The position numbers were made by a program, and so were the translations under genes. Below, piece by piece: positions 1 to 9,261 of a stretch of DNA of 32,000 bases. The stretch covers positions 1,200,001 through 1,232,000 of the forward strand of contig OY760660.1 of NCBI GenBank assembly GCA_963663995.1, read 5' to 3'. Under the pieces are notes generated by a model, which was given only the letters and a program-made list of their open reading frames with translations, was not told where the DNA came from and searched no databases. This DNA is from Erysipelotrichaceae bacterium (GTDB taxonomy: Bacteria; Bacillota_I; Bacilli_A; Erysipelotrichales; Erysipelotrichaceae). The first letter of the stretch is position 1. Each line of letters starts with the position of its first letter.

Positions 1-815
1 ATGAGTTTACGTAAACGATTGTTACGAGTGATAACACGACGATAAAGGTCATTTAAATCGGAAGTCGCAAAACGACCACCATCTAGTTGTAACATTGGAC
101 GTAAATCTGGTGGAATAACTGGAAGGATTGTAAGAACCATCCATTCTGGTTGATTTTCAGAATTACGGAATGCTTCAATGGTTTCTAAACGTTTGATTAA
201 TTTCTTACGTTTGTCACCATGTGCATCTTTTAAGGATTCTAAAACATCTTTGTGATCTTGTTCAAGATCAACTCTTTCTAATAAATCAAGAACCGCTTCA
301 GCACCTGTTTTAGCAGTAAATGAGCCGAAACCATAACGACGTGAGTAGTTACGATATTCTTGTTCAGAAAGAATTTGTTTAGATTGAAGTGGTGTTGTTC
401 CTGGATCAATAACAACCCATGAAACGAAGTAGACAACTTCTTCTAAGTTTTTAGGAGTAATCCCAAGTAGTAATGACATACGACTTGGAATCCCACGAAG
501 ATACCAAATGTGGGCAACAGGTGCAGCAAGTTCAATATGACCCATACGTTCACGACGAACGCTAGATTTTGTAACTTCAACACCGCATCGATCACAAACG
601 ACACCTTTATAACGTACCTTTTTATACTTACCGCAGTAACATTCCCAGTCTTTTGATGGACCGAAAATCTTTTCGCAGAATAAACCATCACGTTCAGGTT
701 TTTGACTACGGTAGTTAATCGTCTCAGGTTTTTTTACTTCACCATGAGACCATTCACGGATTTGATCAGGTGAGGCTAATCCGATTTGAATAGATGAGAA
801 ATTGTTTATGCTCAT
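1..815 (-). CDS. rpoC: DNA-directed RNA polymerase subunit beta' (N-terminal ~271 codons; gene runs off the left edge)
   Basis: Absent from the ORF track because it is open at the window edge. Reverse-strand translation from the ATG at 815 gives [81 protein letters not shown]. This is the canonical beta' N-terminus with the Zn-binding Cys cluster. A GGAGG overlaps the rpoB stop 10 nt upstream. Position directly after rpoB fits. Confidence 0.93.
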   Translation of the reverse strand, partial: MSINNFSSIQIGLASPDQIREWSHGEVKKPETINYRSQKPERDGLFCEKIFGPSKDWECYCGKYKKVRYKGVVCDRCGVEVTKSSVRRERMGHIELAAPVAHIWYLRGIPSRMSLLLGITPKNLEEVVYFVSWVVIDPGTTPLQSKQILSEQEYRNYSRRYGFGSFTAKTGAEAVLDLLERVDLEQDHKDVLESLKDAHGDKRKKLIKRLETIEAFRNSENQPEWMVLTILPVIPPDLRPMLQLDGGRFATSDLNDLYRRVITRNNRLRKL

Positions 816-829
816 ATGTTTCTTGCCTC

Positions 830-3800
830 CTACTCTTCGTCGCCGCTGTCTTCGTAGTCATCATCAGCTCCTACGACTGCAGCTTCGGCGATAAATTCAT
901 CATCGTTAACAAGCTCTGTGCTTTCCATGAAATTCACATCATAATCAGCACTGTTGTCTTCGACTTCCATTTTCTTAATATCAACTTCATCTCCGTCGTC
1001 ACTTAATAAGCGAACGTCGATAGCTAAAGCATTTAATTCATGTTTTAGAACTCTGAATGATTCAGGAACACCCGGTTCTGGGATATCTTTACCTTTAATA
1101 ATGGCTTCATAGGTTTTTGTACGACCCATGATGTCATCGGATTTGATGGTTAGGATTTCTTGTAGAGTATGAGATGCCCCATAAGCTTCAAGTGCCCAAA
1201 CTTCCATTTCCCCGAAACGTTGACCACCATTTTGTGCTTTACCACCTAATGGTTGTTGAGTAACAAGTGAATATGGTCCAGTTGCACGAGCATGTAATTT
1301 ATCGTCAACCATGTGAGCTAACTTAATCATGTACATGACACCAACTGAGATTCTTTCATCAAATGGTTCACCAGTACGGCCATCATATAGAATTGTTTTT
1401 CCATCTTCAGCCATTTCTGCTTCAGCCATAATTGATTTTAGTTCTTCGTTGTTAATACCATCGAAAACTGGTGTAGCAAACTTAACACCTAATTTTTGTG
1501 CAGCGAATCCTAAGTGAATTTCAAGAACTTGCCCGATATTCATACGTGATGGAACGCCGAATGGATTCAACATAATATCAACTTGTGATCCATCAGGTAG
1601 GAATGGCATATCTTCAACTGGTAAAATTTTGGAGATAACCCCTTTATTACCGTGACGTCCAGCCATTTTATCCCCTTCAGAGATCTTACGTTTTTGAACG
1701 ATATAGACTTTGACAACTTCATTAACACCTGGAGGTAAATCATGTCCTTCTGAACGTTTGAAAATACGAACAGCTTGAACAATACCACTACCACCATGAG
1801 GTACTTTAAGTGAGTTATCACGAACTTCACGTGATTTATCACCAAAGATTGCGAGTAATAATTTTTCTTCTGGAGAAATTTCTGATTGACCCTTAGGCGT
1901 AACTTTACCGACTAAGATGTCACCTTCTTTAACTTCAGCCCCAATCATAACAATCCCGCGAGCATCTAAATGACGACAAGATTCTTGGGAAACGTTTGGA
2001 ATATCACGAGTGATTTCCTCAGGACCAAGTTTAGTATCACGCACTTCAATGTCATATTCTTCAATATGAATTGAGGTATAAACATCTTCTTTAACAAGAC
2101 GTTCACTCATGATAACCGCATCTTCATAGTTATAACCATACCAGGTCATAAAGGCGATACGGACGTTTTGACCTAAAGCCAATTCACCATTTTCCATCGC
2201 TGGTCCATCCGCTAAGATGTCTCCACGATTAACCATTTCACCTTTTTGAACTAAAGGTTTTTGGTTGATACATGTACCTTGGTTAGAACGTTTGAATTTT
2301 TGTAGATGATAAACTTTTTCACCAAAATCACCAGTTGTGACAATCTTGTTAGCATCAACATAAGTGACTAAACCTTGTTGAGTAGCTGTAACGGCTGAAC
2401 CTGAGTCACGAGCGATACGATGTTCAATCCCTGTTCCAACATGTGGAGAATGTGGACGAAGTAGAGGAATCGCTTGACGTTGCATGTTTGCACCCATAAG
2501 TGCACGTGATGCATCATCGTTTTCTAAGTAAGGAATACATGCTGTCGCCACTGAAACAATTTGTTTCGGACTAACGTCAGCTAATTCTACGTTTTCTTTC
2601 TTAGTTAAAATATGGTCACCTTTGAAACGAACAACGACTTCGTCATTGATTAATCTTCCATCAATAACTTCGTTCGCTTGAGCGATATAGTAATCGCGTT
2701 CATCATCAGAGGATAAGTAAATAACATCTTCACTAACGTTACCGTCTTTATCAACGAGACGATATGGTGTTTGAATAAAACCATATTCGTTAACACGTCC
2801 ATAAGAGGTTAAGTTAGAAATCAGACCAATGTTTGGTCCTTCAGGTGTTTCAATAGGACAAATACGGCCATAGTGACTGGAGTGAACGTCACGGACTTCA
2901 AAGCCAGCACGCTCACGAGTTAGACCACCTGGACCTAAAGCAGAAATACGACGTTTGTTAGTAAGCTCTGCAAGAGGATTCGTTTGATCCATGAATTGTG
3001 ATAATTGTGATGAAGAGAAGAACTCTTTAATCGCAGCCGTTAATGGACGAATATTTGTTAAGTTTTTTGGTGTTAAGTTCGTAAAGTCAGTTATTGACAT
3101 ACGTTCTTTAACAACTCTTTCCATACGGCTTAAACCGATACGGAATTGGTTTTGGATGAGTTCACCCACCGTACGAATACGACGGTTACCAAGTTGATCG
3201 ATATCATCCGTTTCACCAACACCATCTTGAAGATTTAGAAGGTAATCAAAAGATGAAATCATGTCACTCATCGTAACTGTTTTCTTAGTCATTAATGGAT
3301 CAGTACCAATTGCTTTAACAACTTTAGTGCTTTCTTTAGCGAAAACTTCTAATGTTTGTACAGCAGCTCCAATTAACCATGCATTAACAGTTGTTTTACC
3401 ATTAACAGCGTTAACTAAAGCTTGTTCTTGATCTGATTTTAGTTTTGAAATTTGTGTATCTGGAATATAACGATCAACTAAGAGTTCACCACTTTGGGTA
3501 AGAACGTCTTGATCTTTCGCTGTAATACGACCTAATACAAATAGACGTTGACCATAATTTAAAACAGCACGAACATTGGTTTTGTCTAATTCCACTTTAC
3601 GCGCAATTAAACCACCAAAGATTTCGATTTCTGAGAACATTTTCGCAATAGCGTCAACATCTTTCTCATTTAAGACTGTTCCTTTTGCAAAGTCTGTACC
3701 TGGTAAATCATCAGCTAAAATACGTCCAACAAGTGCTGGTTTTACTTTAGTTGAAACAGTGACATTTTCAGGATAAGCAAATAAGGAGTTAAATGGATAA

Positions 3801-5005
3801 GCTTCCATGTATAAACCTTTTGCCATATTTTCTTGTAGTAATAATTTTTCTTTACGATCGATAAATGTATCTTTCGCTAAAACAACATTACCATTTTCAT
3901 CTAAAACATCTTGAGCTAAGACGTTATTGATCATACGGTTTGTAATGCCTAATTTTTTACCAAGTTTGAAACGTCCTGCACGAGTTAAGTCATAACGACG
4001 AGCGTCAAAGAACTTAGCACGCATGAGGTTAATCGCACCTTCTTCAGTTGCGATTTCATCACTACGTTGATTGTTGTAGATTTCATATAAAGCTTCTTTA
4101 GTTGTTTTAACTTTATCAGAGATAACCGTATTGATAACTTCAGGATATTCCCCAAAGAATGCAGTATATAAAAGTAAATAGATATTTAAGAACTCACGAG
4201 GTTCTACTTCCATAAACAAGTCATAAACAGGTAAGTCTAATGCTTGTAGGAAAATTTTGAAGGCTGATGTATCAAAGGCATCTTCTCCACGTTCTAAATC
4301 AAGTGAAAAACCAATCGCTTTGAATAGGATGGTTGATAAGATTTTACGTTTACGATCGATAGACACATTTAAGTGGAAATCCGATGTCGCTTGTGATGTG
4401 TTTTCACCTGTATAGGTGACTTGAGGTGTACTGGTTTTCTTAAACGCAGTCATGAACTCTAACCATGTTCCACGTGATGGGATTAGTTCACTCTTATAAA
4501 CTTCTTCTAAGTTTGCATCTTTATCTTTCATATAGAAAGAGTCATAGTATGCACCTGGTGAACGAACGATTTGTGAAACGATTACACGTTCAGCTCCATT
4601 AATAATGAAGGTACCAGTATCGGTCATTAAAGGGAATTCTCCTAAGAAAACTTCTTCATGACGTTCAGTGATTTCACCAGTTGTAGGGTTTGTCATTTCT
4701 AACATCATCGTCGCTTTTAAAGGCGCTGCGAAGTTAGCTTCTCTTTCCTTACACTCTGGTACTGAGTATTTTGGCTCTGCGAATTCGTATTTTAAGAAGT
4801 TAAGACGAATATTTCCAGTGTAGTTAGTAACTGGATAAATTTCTTCAAAAACTTCACGAATTCCCTCTTGTTTAAACCAATCAAATGAGTCCGTTTGGAT
4901 CTCAACTAGATCGGGCAATTCTAAACTACCGCTGACTTTTGAGTAATCTCTGCGCTTAGCTTTGTTACCGAATTCAAGTACGCGATATGTTTTGTTTTTT
5001 TCCAT
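830..5005 (-). CDS. rpoB: DNA-directed RNA polymerase subunit beta (long form, ~1391 aa)
   Basis: Conserved beta motifs are present: [78 protein letters not shown]. The ORF track extends to a TTG at 5032. The ATG at 5005 lies 8 nt after a GAAAGGA Shine-Dalgarno (5014-5020), so it is the more likely start. Confidence 0.97.
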   Translation of the reverse strand: MEKNKTYRVLEFGNKAKRRDYSKVSGSLELPDLVEIQTDSFDWFKQEGIREVFEEIYPVTNYTGNIRLNFLKYEFAEPKYSVPECKEREANFAAPLKATMMLEMTNPTTGEITERHEEVFLGEFPLMTDTGTFIINGAERVIVSQIVRSPGAYYDSFYMKDKDANLEEVYKSELIPSRGTWLEFMTAFKKTSTPQVTYTGENTSQATSDFHLNVSIDRKRKILSTILFKAIGFSLDLERGEDAFDTSAFKIFLQALDLPVYDLFMEVEPREFLNIYLLLYTAFFGEYPEVINTVISDKVKTTKEALYEIYNNQRSDEIATEEGAINLMRAKFFDARRYDLTRAGRFKLGKKLGITNRMINNVLAQDVLDENGNVVLAKDTFIDRKEKLLLQENMAKGLYMEAYPFNSLFAYPENVTVSTKVKPALVGRILADDLPGTDFAKGTVLNEKDVDAIAKMFSEIEIFGGLIARKVELDKTNVRAVLNYGQRLFVLGRITAKDQDVLTQSGELLVDRYIPDTQISKLKSDQEQALVNAVNGKTTVNAWLIGAAVQTLEVFAKESTKVVKAIGTDPLMTKKTVTMSDMISSFDYLLNLQDGVGETDDIDQLGNRRIRTVGELIQNQFRIGLSRMERVVKERMSITDFTNLTPKNLTNIRPLTAAIKEFFSSSQLSQFMDQTNPLAELTNKRRISALGPGGLTRERAGFEVRDVHSSHYGRICPIETPEGPNIGLISNLTSYGRVNEYGFIQTPYRLVDKDGNVSEDVIYLSSDDERDYYIAQANEVIDGRLINDEVVVRFKGDHILTKKENVELADVSPKQIVSVATACIPYLENDDASRALMGANMQRQAIPLLRPHSPHVGTGIEHRIARDSGSAVTATQQGLVTYVDANKIVTTGDFGEKVYHLQKFKRSNQGTCINQKPLVQKGEMVNRGDILADGPAMENGELALGQNVRIAFMTWYGYNYEDAVIMSERLVKEDVYTSIHIEEYDIEVRDTKLGPEEITRDIPNVSQESCRHLDARGIVMIGAEVKEGDILVGKVTPKGQSEISPEEKLLLAIFGDKSREVRDNSLKVPHGGSGIVQAVRIFKRSEGHDLPPGVNEVVKVYIVQKRKISEGDKMAGRHGNKGVISKILPVEDMPFLPDGSQVDIMLNPFGVPSRMNIGQVLEIHLGFAAQKLGVKFATPVFDGINNEELKSIMAEAEMAEDGKTILYDGRTGEPFDERISVGVMYMIKLAHMVDDKLHARATGPYSLVTQQPLGGKAQNGGQRFGEMEVWALEAYGASHTLQEILTIKSDDIMGRTKTYEAIIKGKDIPEPGVPESFRVLKHELNALAIDVRLLSDDGDEVDIKKMEVEDNSADYDVNFMESTELVNDDEFIAEAAVVGADDDYEDSGDEE

Positions 5006-5099
5006 TGATGCCATCCTTTCAAAGTTAAACAACGACTAAAATGGGCATTTTGACCCATTCTATCATTATTAGTTTTATGCAATATATAATACTATCAAA

Positions 5100-5708
5100 T
5101 CAAAGTTCTAAAGTCAATGGATTTTTCGCAATCCAGACTTCATATCCTTTCTTTAAAACACAACGTTCAAGATCACTAAATAAGCTTTGAACATGCTTTA
5201 CAGCTGAGGCTGCTCCCTGTTGTCGTCTGATCACGAAATAGAGATGCCCCTCTGGTTTTAAATGAGCACAAGCAGTTGTTAAGAATTTAAAGACAACTTC
5301 TTTTCCTGCTCTAATGGGCGGATTGGTAATGATCACATCATAGAACCCTTCAACATCAACACATGCATCACCTTCAACAAATTGACAATCAAGATTTAAA
5401 TTAGCTGCGCTAACTTGAGCACAATCAACTGCACGTGGATTAATTTCAATGCCACTTACTTCAACATCACTTAGATGTTGTTTAAGCAAGATAGACATTA
5501 ACCCATAACCACTTCCTAAATCTAAAATCTGTCCTTTTTCTTGTCGTTTAATGACTTCTTCTACTAAGAGTAGTGATCCAAAATCAGCATGATCTTTAGA
5601 GAAGATTCCATCATCGACAGTGAAAGTCGATAGAATGCCCAAAAACCGGAAAGAAATTTCCTTCCGGTTTTGGATGATATTTTTTGGTTTTGAAAAGTAA
5701 TGTGTCAA
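5100..5708 (-). CDS. Class I SAM-dependent methyltransferase (RsmC/YbxB-like)
   Basis: SAM-binding motif ILDLGSGYG and an NPPIRAG motif (NPP-type amino-methyltransferase signature). It sits between rplL and rpoB, the position of ybxB in Bacillus subtilis. Confidence 0.75.
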   Translation of the reverse strand: MTHYFSKPKNIIQNRKEISFRFLGILSTFTVDDGIFSKDHADFGSLLLVEEVIKRQEKGQILDLGSGYGLMSILLKQHLSDVEVSGIEINPRAVDCAQVSAANLNLDCQFVEGDACVDVEGFYDVIITNPPIRAGKEVVFKFLTTACAHLKPEGHLYFVIRRQQGAASAVKHVQSLFSDLERCVLKKGYEVWIAKNPLTLEL

Positions 5709-5749
5709 ACCCTTCGCCTCCTTTCACAAACTACATTTGTGAATGGAAA

Positions 5750-6118
5750 CTATTTGATTTCGACGACTGCGCCAGCTTCTTCTAGTTTAGCTTTTACTTC
5801 TTCAGCAACTTCAGGGCTTACTGCTTCTTTAACTGCGCTTGGAGCACTGTCAACTAAGCCTTTAGCTTCAACAAGACCTAAACCTGTTAATTCACGAACT
5901 GCTTTGATAACTTGAACTTTTGAAGGTCCAACTTCTTTAAGGATAACTGATACTTCAGTTGGTCCTGCCGCTACTGTTTCTTCTGCTGCTGCCGCTGCTA
6001 CTGGAGCTGCTGCACTAACACCGAATTCTTCTTCGATTGCTTTGATGAGTTCATTTAACTCAAGAATAGTCATTTCTTTTAGGGATTCAATGACTGCTGC
6101 TGTTTCTAATTTTGCCAT
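5750..6118 (-). CDS. rplL: 50S ribosomal protein L7/L12
   Basis: 122 aa with an Ala-rich hinge ([12 protein letters not shown]) and the conserved C-terminal domain [36 protein letters not shown]. Follows rplJ. Confidence 0.97.
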   Translation of the reverse strand: MAKLETAAVIESLKEMTILELNELIKAIEEEFGVSAAAPVAAAAAEETVAAGPTEVSVILKEVGPSKVQVIKAVRELTGLGLVEAKGLVDSAPSAVKEAVSPEVAEEVKAKLEEAGAVVEIK

Positions 6119-6136
6119 TTTTAATTTCTCCTTTAA

Positions 6137-6628
6137 TTAAGCTTCTTTTTGCTCAGCGATTTGGCTAAGCGCATATGCGAATGAACGAACTGGTGATTGC
6201 ATCATTCCCATGAACATGGAAATCATGCCTTCACGATTAGGTAATTTCGCAAGGTCTTTTAGTTCATCAGCGTTAACGATCTTTCCTTCGACCACACCGC
6301 TTTTGAGAACTAAGTGTTCGTGTTTTTTAGCAAATTTTGCTAAGACACGTGCTGGTGCTACTGCATCACTACTGAAAGCAAATGCATTAGGACCTGTGAG
6401 GCTATCTTTTAAACCGTCTAAGTTAGCATTTTCGACCGCACGTTGTACGAAGTTGTTTTTCAATACTTTGAAATCAACACCTTCTTTTAACAACTCGCGA
6501 CGTAATTCTGTAACTTCGGCAACAGATAGTCCACGATATTCGACGACTACGCTTGATGCTGCATTGTTAAACATTTCTGTAATTTCAGCTACGCGTACTT
6601 TTTTACTTTCGAGTATCGCTTGATTCAT
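6137..6628 (-). CDS. rplJ: 50S ribosomal protein L10
   Basis: 163 aa with an L10-type sequence (VVVEYRGLSVAEVTELRRELLKEGVDFKVLKN). AAGAGGAGGA RBS. Located upstream of rplL. Confidence 0.96.
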   Translation of the reverse strand: MNQAILESKKVRVAEITEMFNNAASSVVVEYRGLSVAEVTELRRELLKEGVDFKVLKNNFVQRAVENANLDGLKDSLTGPNAFAFSSDAVAPARVLAKFAKKHEHLVLKSGVVEGKIVNADELKDLAKLPNREGMISMFMGMMQSPVRSFAYALSQIAEQKEA

Positions 6629-6788
6629 GAATAACGTCCTCCTCTTTTATAAATCCAATAGACGCTAGTGAAATAAAAAACTCACGCTAATTCATAAAGA
6701 CAGCGTGAGTAAAAGTTTAAATTTCTTTTACACCTCGGCAACCTTATTAAGCCAATGGCCGTTGCTGTCTTAGGTCTATTGCTTTGTT
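6629..6788 (-). promoter_or_regulatory. Structured rplJ 5' leader (ribosomal protein L10 leader-like) with an internal attenuator
   Basis: A ~160-nt untranslated region lies between a strong promoter and the rplJ RBS. It contains GC-rich paired segments (GCAACGGCCATTGGC...GTTGCCGAGG) followed by a hairpin and U-tract at 6674-6710. This architecture is known for the Firmicutes L10 leader. No covariance-model check was possible. Confidence 0.55.
6674..6710 (-). terminator. Leader attenuator hairpin upstream of rplJ
   Basis: Minus strand reads ACTCACGCT-gtctttatgaatt-AGCGTGAGT followed by TTTTTTA. This is a 9-bp perfect stem plus U-run inside the 5' UTR. Confidence 0.6.
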
Positions 6789-6816
6789 ATTTTAACAAAT
6801 TGAGATAACTTGTCAA
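6789..6816 (-). promoter_or_regulatory. Sigma-A type promoter for rplJ-rplL
   Basis: Minus strand has TTGACA (6811-6816), a 16-nt spacer, then TGtTAAAAT (extended -10; -10 at 6789-6794). Confidence 0.6.
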
Positions 6817-6840
6817 GAAAAAACGCGAATAATCGCGTTT
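6817..6840 (-). terminator. Rho-independent terminator/attenuator after rplA
   Basis: Minus strand reads TAA-AACGCGA-TTAT-TCGCGTT-TTTTTC. An 8-bp stem starts in the rplA stop codon and is followed by a U-run. Confidence 0.65.
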
Positions 6841-7529
6841 TAGAAACTATTTGTGTCGACTTTGATGCCAGGACCCATTGTTGTTGATAGAACTAAGTTC
6901 TTCATGTATGTGCCCTTAACAGCTGCTGGACGTGCACGGTTGATTAAATCAAAGATAGTTTTAATGTTTTCGTTAAGTTTTTCATCATCAAATGAAACTT
7001 TACCCACAAGAACAGCAATATTACCTTCTTTATCAACACGGTATTCAACTTTACCTTTTTTGATATCGTTAACCGCTTTAGTAACATCCATCGTAACTGT
7101 ACCAGTTTTAGGATTTGGCATTAAGCCCTTAGGACCTAAGATTTTACCTAATTTACCAAGTTCAGCCATCATGTCAGGAGTTGCAACGATAACATCGAAA
7201 TCGAACCAACCACCTTTGATTTGTTCAAGAACGTCTTTACCGCCAACAAAATCTGCACCAGCATCTTTTGCTTCTTGTTCTTTAGGACCTTGAGTGACCA
7301 CGAGAACTTTTTGACTACGACCTGTTCCGTGAGGAAGTACAACTGCACCACGGATTTGTTGATCAGCATGACGTGGATCAACATTTAATTTGAATGACAA
7401 TTCAACAGAAGCGTCGAATTTAACAGTATTAATTTCTTTAGCTAAAGAGATAGCTTCAGTAATTGGGTATGCTTTGTTAACTTCAACTTTCGCTAAAGCA
7501 GCACTATATTGTTTACCATGTTTAGCCAC
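6840..7529 (-). CDS. rplA: 50S ribosomal protein L1
   Basis: 229 aa with an L1-type sequence ([34 protein letters not shown]). Follows rplK by 2 nt. Confidence 0.97.
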   Translation of the reverse strand: MAKHGKQYSAALAKVEVNKAYPITEAISLAKEINTVKFDASVELSFKLNVDPRHADQQIRGAVVLPHGTGRSQKVLVVTQGPKEQEAKDAGADFVGGKDVLEQIKGGWFDFDVIVATPDMMAELGKLGKILGPKGLMPNPKTGTVTMDVTKAVNDIKKGKVEYRVDKEGNIAVLVGKVSFDDEKLNENIKTIFDLINRARPAAVKGTYMKNLVLSTTMGPGIKVDTNSF

Positions 7530-7531
7530 GA

Positions 7532-7954
7532 TTATTCACCATACCCTTCAATGACGATGCCCATGTTACGAGCAGTACCAGCAACAATAGCCATAGCACC
7601 CTCAACATCATTAGCATTTAGATCAGGTAATTTGTATTCCGCAATTGCGCGTAAATCATCTACACTGATTTTTCCAACTTTAGTTACTTTTGCAGAACCG
7701 CTACCTTTTGAAACTTTAGCGTATTTCTTTAACATAACTGAAGCAGGTGTTGTTTTTAGTACGAAGTCAAATGATTTGTCTTCATATGCTGTAATAACAA
7801 CAGGGACTGTTTCCCCTCTACGATCTGCAGTTGCATCATTGAATGCGCTACAGAATTGTGGCATGTTAACACCAGCTGAAGCTAATGCTGGACCTGGTCT
7901 TGCGCCACCGCCGTCGAATTGTAATTTAACGACTTTTGCAATTTTTTTACTCAC
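7532..7954 (-). CDS. rplK: 50S ribosomal protein L11
   Basis: L11 sequence ([30 protein letters not shown]). The ORF track runs to 7993. The GTG at 7954 is preceded by AAGGAGGA and gives the expected ~140 aa starting [12 protein letters not shown]. Confidence 0.95.
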   Translation of the reverse strand: MSKKIAKVVKLQFDGGGARPGPALASAGVNMPQFCSAFNDATADRRGETVPVVITAYEDKSFDFVLKTTPASVMLKKYAKVSKGSGSAKVTKVGKISVDDLRAIAEYKLPDLNANDVEGAMAIVAGTARNMGIVIEGYGE

Positions 7955-8043
7955 AGTACAATCCTCCTTATTTAGATGTATGCCGCGGTTCATTTGGATA
8001 ATTGCATATCCTCCCGCGTATTGCCTATTTTTCAGGCTTACTT
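7955..8043 (-). promoter_or_regulatory. Structured rplK 5' UTR (possible L1 autoregulatory site)
   Basis: Minus strand reads CGCGG-GAGGATATGCAATTATCC-AAATGAA-CCGCG (7983-8018), nested stems, plus an upstream hairpin GCCTgaaaaatAGGC. Assignment as an L1-binding site is by analogy only. Confidence 0.3.
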
Positions 8044-8072
8044 ATTTTATAGCGGACAAACACTTATGTCAA
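8044..8072 (-). promoter_or_regulatory. Sigma-A type promoter for rplK-rplA
   Basis: Minus strand has TTGACA (8067-8072), a 17-nt spacer, then TAAAAT (8044-8049). The -35 hexamer directly abuts the TAA stop (8073-8075) of the upstream cassette gene. Confidence 0.6.
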
Positions 8073-8624
8073 TTAAAGAATGAGATCTAAATACTCCCAC
8101 ATTTCCTTTGACACTTTATTTAGGTCTAAATAGAGATTAATAACTGCCTTCTCTATTTCGCTTTTTAAAATCGCATTATTTCTAATTTTATGTTCATTTA
8201 GAATACCTAAAATATCATTAAGATCATTTTTATAAATTCTTGCCGATACAAGTTTCATCGCGATTAAGTATTCAGCACTTATCGTTCTAAATTCTAAGTT
8301 ATACCATTTACGGTAATAACTTGAGTATTCTCTTAGTTGATCGCTATAAGAGCTGGTTGTTTTAAAATCAGAGTTAATCCAACCATTTTGTAAACCAAAT
8401 CGATCTGTTACTAAATTTATTGATCTTTTTAAAGCGCTTAAATTACTCATCATACAATCAACATCATATGTTGCTTCTCTAAATGAATAGTTTAATACAA
8501 TCGAAGCACCTCCTACGATAATGATCTCTATTAAATCAGCCTTTCTATTTTGTATATAATGGGTTTTTGCTAATTCTTTTAAATAATAATCAAGTTCATC
8601 TCGATTAATACTCTTATTAAGCAA
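8073..8624 (-). CDS. Small nucleotidyltransferase-fold protein, AbiEii/MenT-like (putative toxin/effector); function unproven
   Basis: 183 aa with a pol-beta NTase-like signature IIIVGGASIVLNYSFREATYDVDCM (G38-G39 ... D54-x-D56). A C-terminal EYLIAMKLVSARIYKNDLNDI segment parallels the KLxAxxxR / [KR]DxxD motifs of DUF1814/AbiEii proteins. The start is a TTG that overlaps the upstream ORF by 8 nt. The region is very AT-rich. Confidence 0.5.
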   Translation of the reverse strand: MLNKSINRDELDYYLKELAKTHYIQNRKADLIEIIIVGGASIVLNYSFREATYDVDCMMSNLSALKRSINLVTDRFGLQNGWINSDFKTTSSYSDQLREYSSYYRKWYNLEFRTISAEYLIAMKLVSARIYKNDLNDILGILNEHKIRNNAILKSEIEKAVINLYLDLNKVSKEMWEYLDLIL

Positions 8625-9195
8625 CTTGATTTACGTCCAATTCAACAATATTAAATTTTTTAAATTCTGGAATTGATTGATCAAATAATTCTTGTAATAA
8701 ATTTTTATCTTTTTTAAGTTTAGATATTAAAAGAATACTTTTTGGGTAATTAACCTCATCGAGTTTTAATAATCGATATTTATCATACTTATTATTAATT
8801 GGTTTTTTATTTATACGACATGCATAATCTAGAAAAGCTAGACTGTAAAATGCTTCTTCATTCCACTTTTTACTAAAATACCATTCAATATTCTTGTTAA
8901 TTTCTTTAATAAAACTTTCAATTTTCCTATCTTTATAAGCATGCTGTAAATTGCTTTTAAATAATTCAAAATCAATTCTAATTAGTTCTTGTTCATATGA
9001 CTTATCTAACAAGTCTTCCATAGAAACATTCAAAACAAGTGATAATTTGTATAAGACTTCTACAGAAGTACGATAAAGACTTGTTTTCTCATTGAAAAGA
9101 TCACTGATTGTCGAATATGGAATTCCTGTAAGTTTACTGATTTTATATTTACTTAATTGTCTTGTCGCGCTTAACTCATATAGTTTCATATGCAT
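8617..9195 (-). CDS. XRE/Cro-family helix-turn-helix protein with an uncharacterised C-terminal domain (putative regulator/antitoxin)
   Basis: N-terminal HTH_3-like segment RQLSKYKISKLTGIPYSTISDLFNEKTSLYRTSVEVLYKLSLVLNVSMEDLL. The remaining ~125 aa carry no motif I recognise. There is no SD; the -10 box abuts the ATG, so the true start may be the second ATG at 9189. Confidence 0.7.
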   Translation of the reverse strand: MHMKLYELSATRQLSKYKISKLTGIPYSTISDLFNEKTSLYRTSVEVLYKLSLVLNVSMEDLLDKSYEQELIRIDFELFKSNLQHAYKDRKIESFIKEINKNIEWYFSKKWNEEAFYSLAFLDYACRINKKPINNKYDKYRLLKLDEVNYPKSILLISKLKKDKNLLQELFDQSIPEFKKFNIVELDVNQVA

Positions 9196-9197
9196 CT

Positions 9198-9227
9198 ATT
9201 ATAACGGTACACCGTAATAAAATGCAA
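9198..9227 (-). promoter_or_regulatory. Cassette promoter with operator-like palindrome
   Basis: Minus strand has TTGCAT (9222-9227), an 18-nt spacer, then TATAAT (9198-9203). The spacer contains the inverted repeat ACGGT-GT-ACCGT (9204-9215). The ATG codons lie 2 and 8 nt after the -10 box. Confidence 0.5.
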
Positions 9228-9233
9228 ATTGAT

Positions 9234-9261
9234 ACAAAAAAAGTACCCAATGGGTACTTTC
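9234..9261 (-). terminator. Rho-independent terminator after nusG
   Basis: Minus strand reads AAAGTACC-CATTG-GGTACTTT followed by TTTTTG, immediately after the nusG stop. Confidence 0.8.

Noticed and set aside
443-5032. Short ORFs inside rpoC/rpoB: 443-691(-), 794-1006(+), 1329-1517(+), 1567-1845(-), 2991-3197(+), 3576-3776(+)
   Set aside because: All are nested in, or antisense to, the RNA polymerase subunit genes. None has a recognisable motif or RBS, so they are frame shadows.
5006-5032. N-terminal extensions offered by the ORF track: rpoB to a TTG at 5032, rplK to 7993, DGC to a TTG at 13751
   Set aside because: In each case an internal ATG or GTG has a properly spaced Shine-Dalgarno (GAAAGGA, AAGGAGGA, AGGCGG) and gives the family-typical N-terminus. 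The extensions begin at weak alternative codons without an RBS.
6210-7293. Plus-strand ORFs 6210-6623 (137 aa) and 6853-7293 (146 aa), and minus-strand out-of-frame ORF 7169-7384
   Set aside because: These are shadow ORFs inside rplJ and rplA. The ribosomal protein frames explain the open reading.
7509-8090. 193-aa plus-strand ORF spanning rplK and its leader
   Set aside because: It is entirely antisense to the well-supported L11 gene and its promoter and leader. The sequence is low-complexity and Ala/Pro/Ser/Thr-rich, as expected for the mirror frame of a highly expressed gene. It has no RBS.
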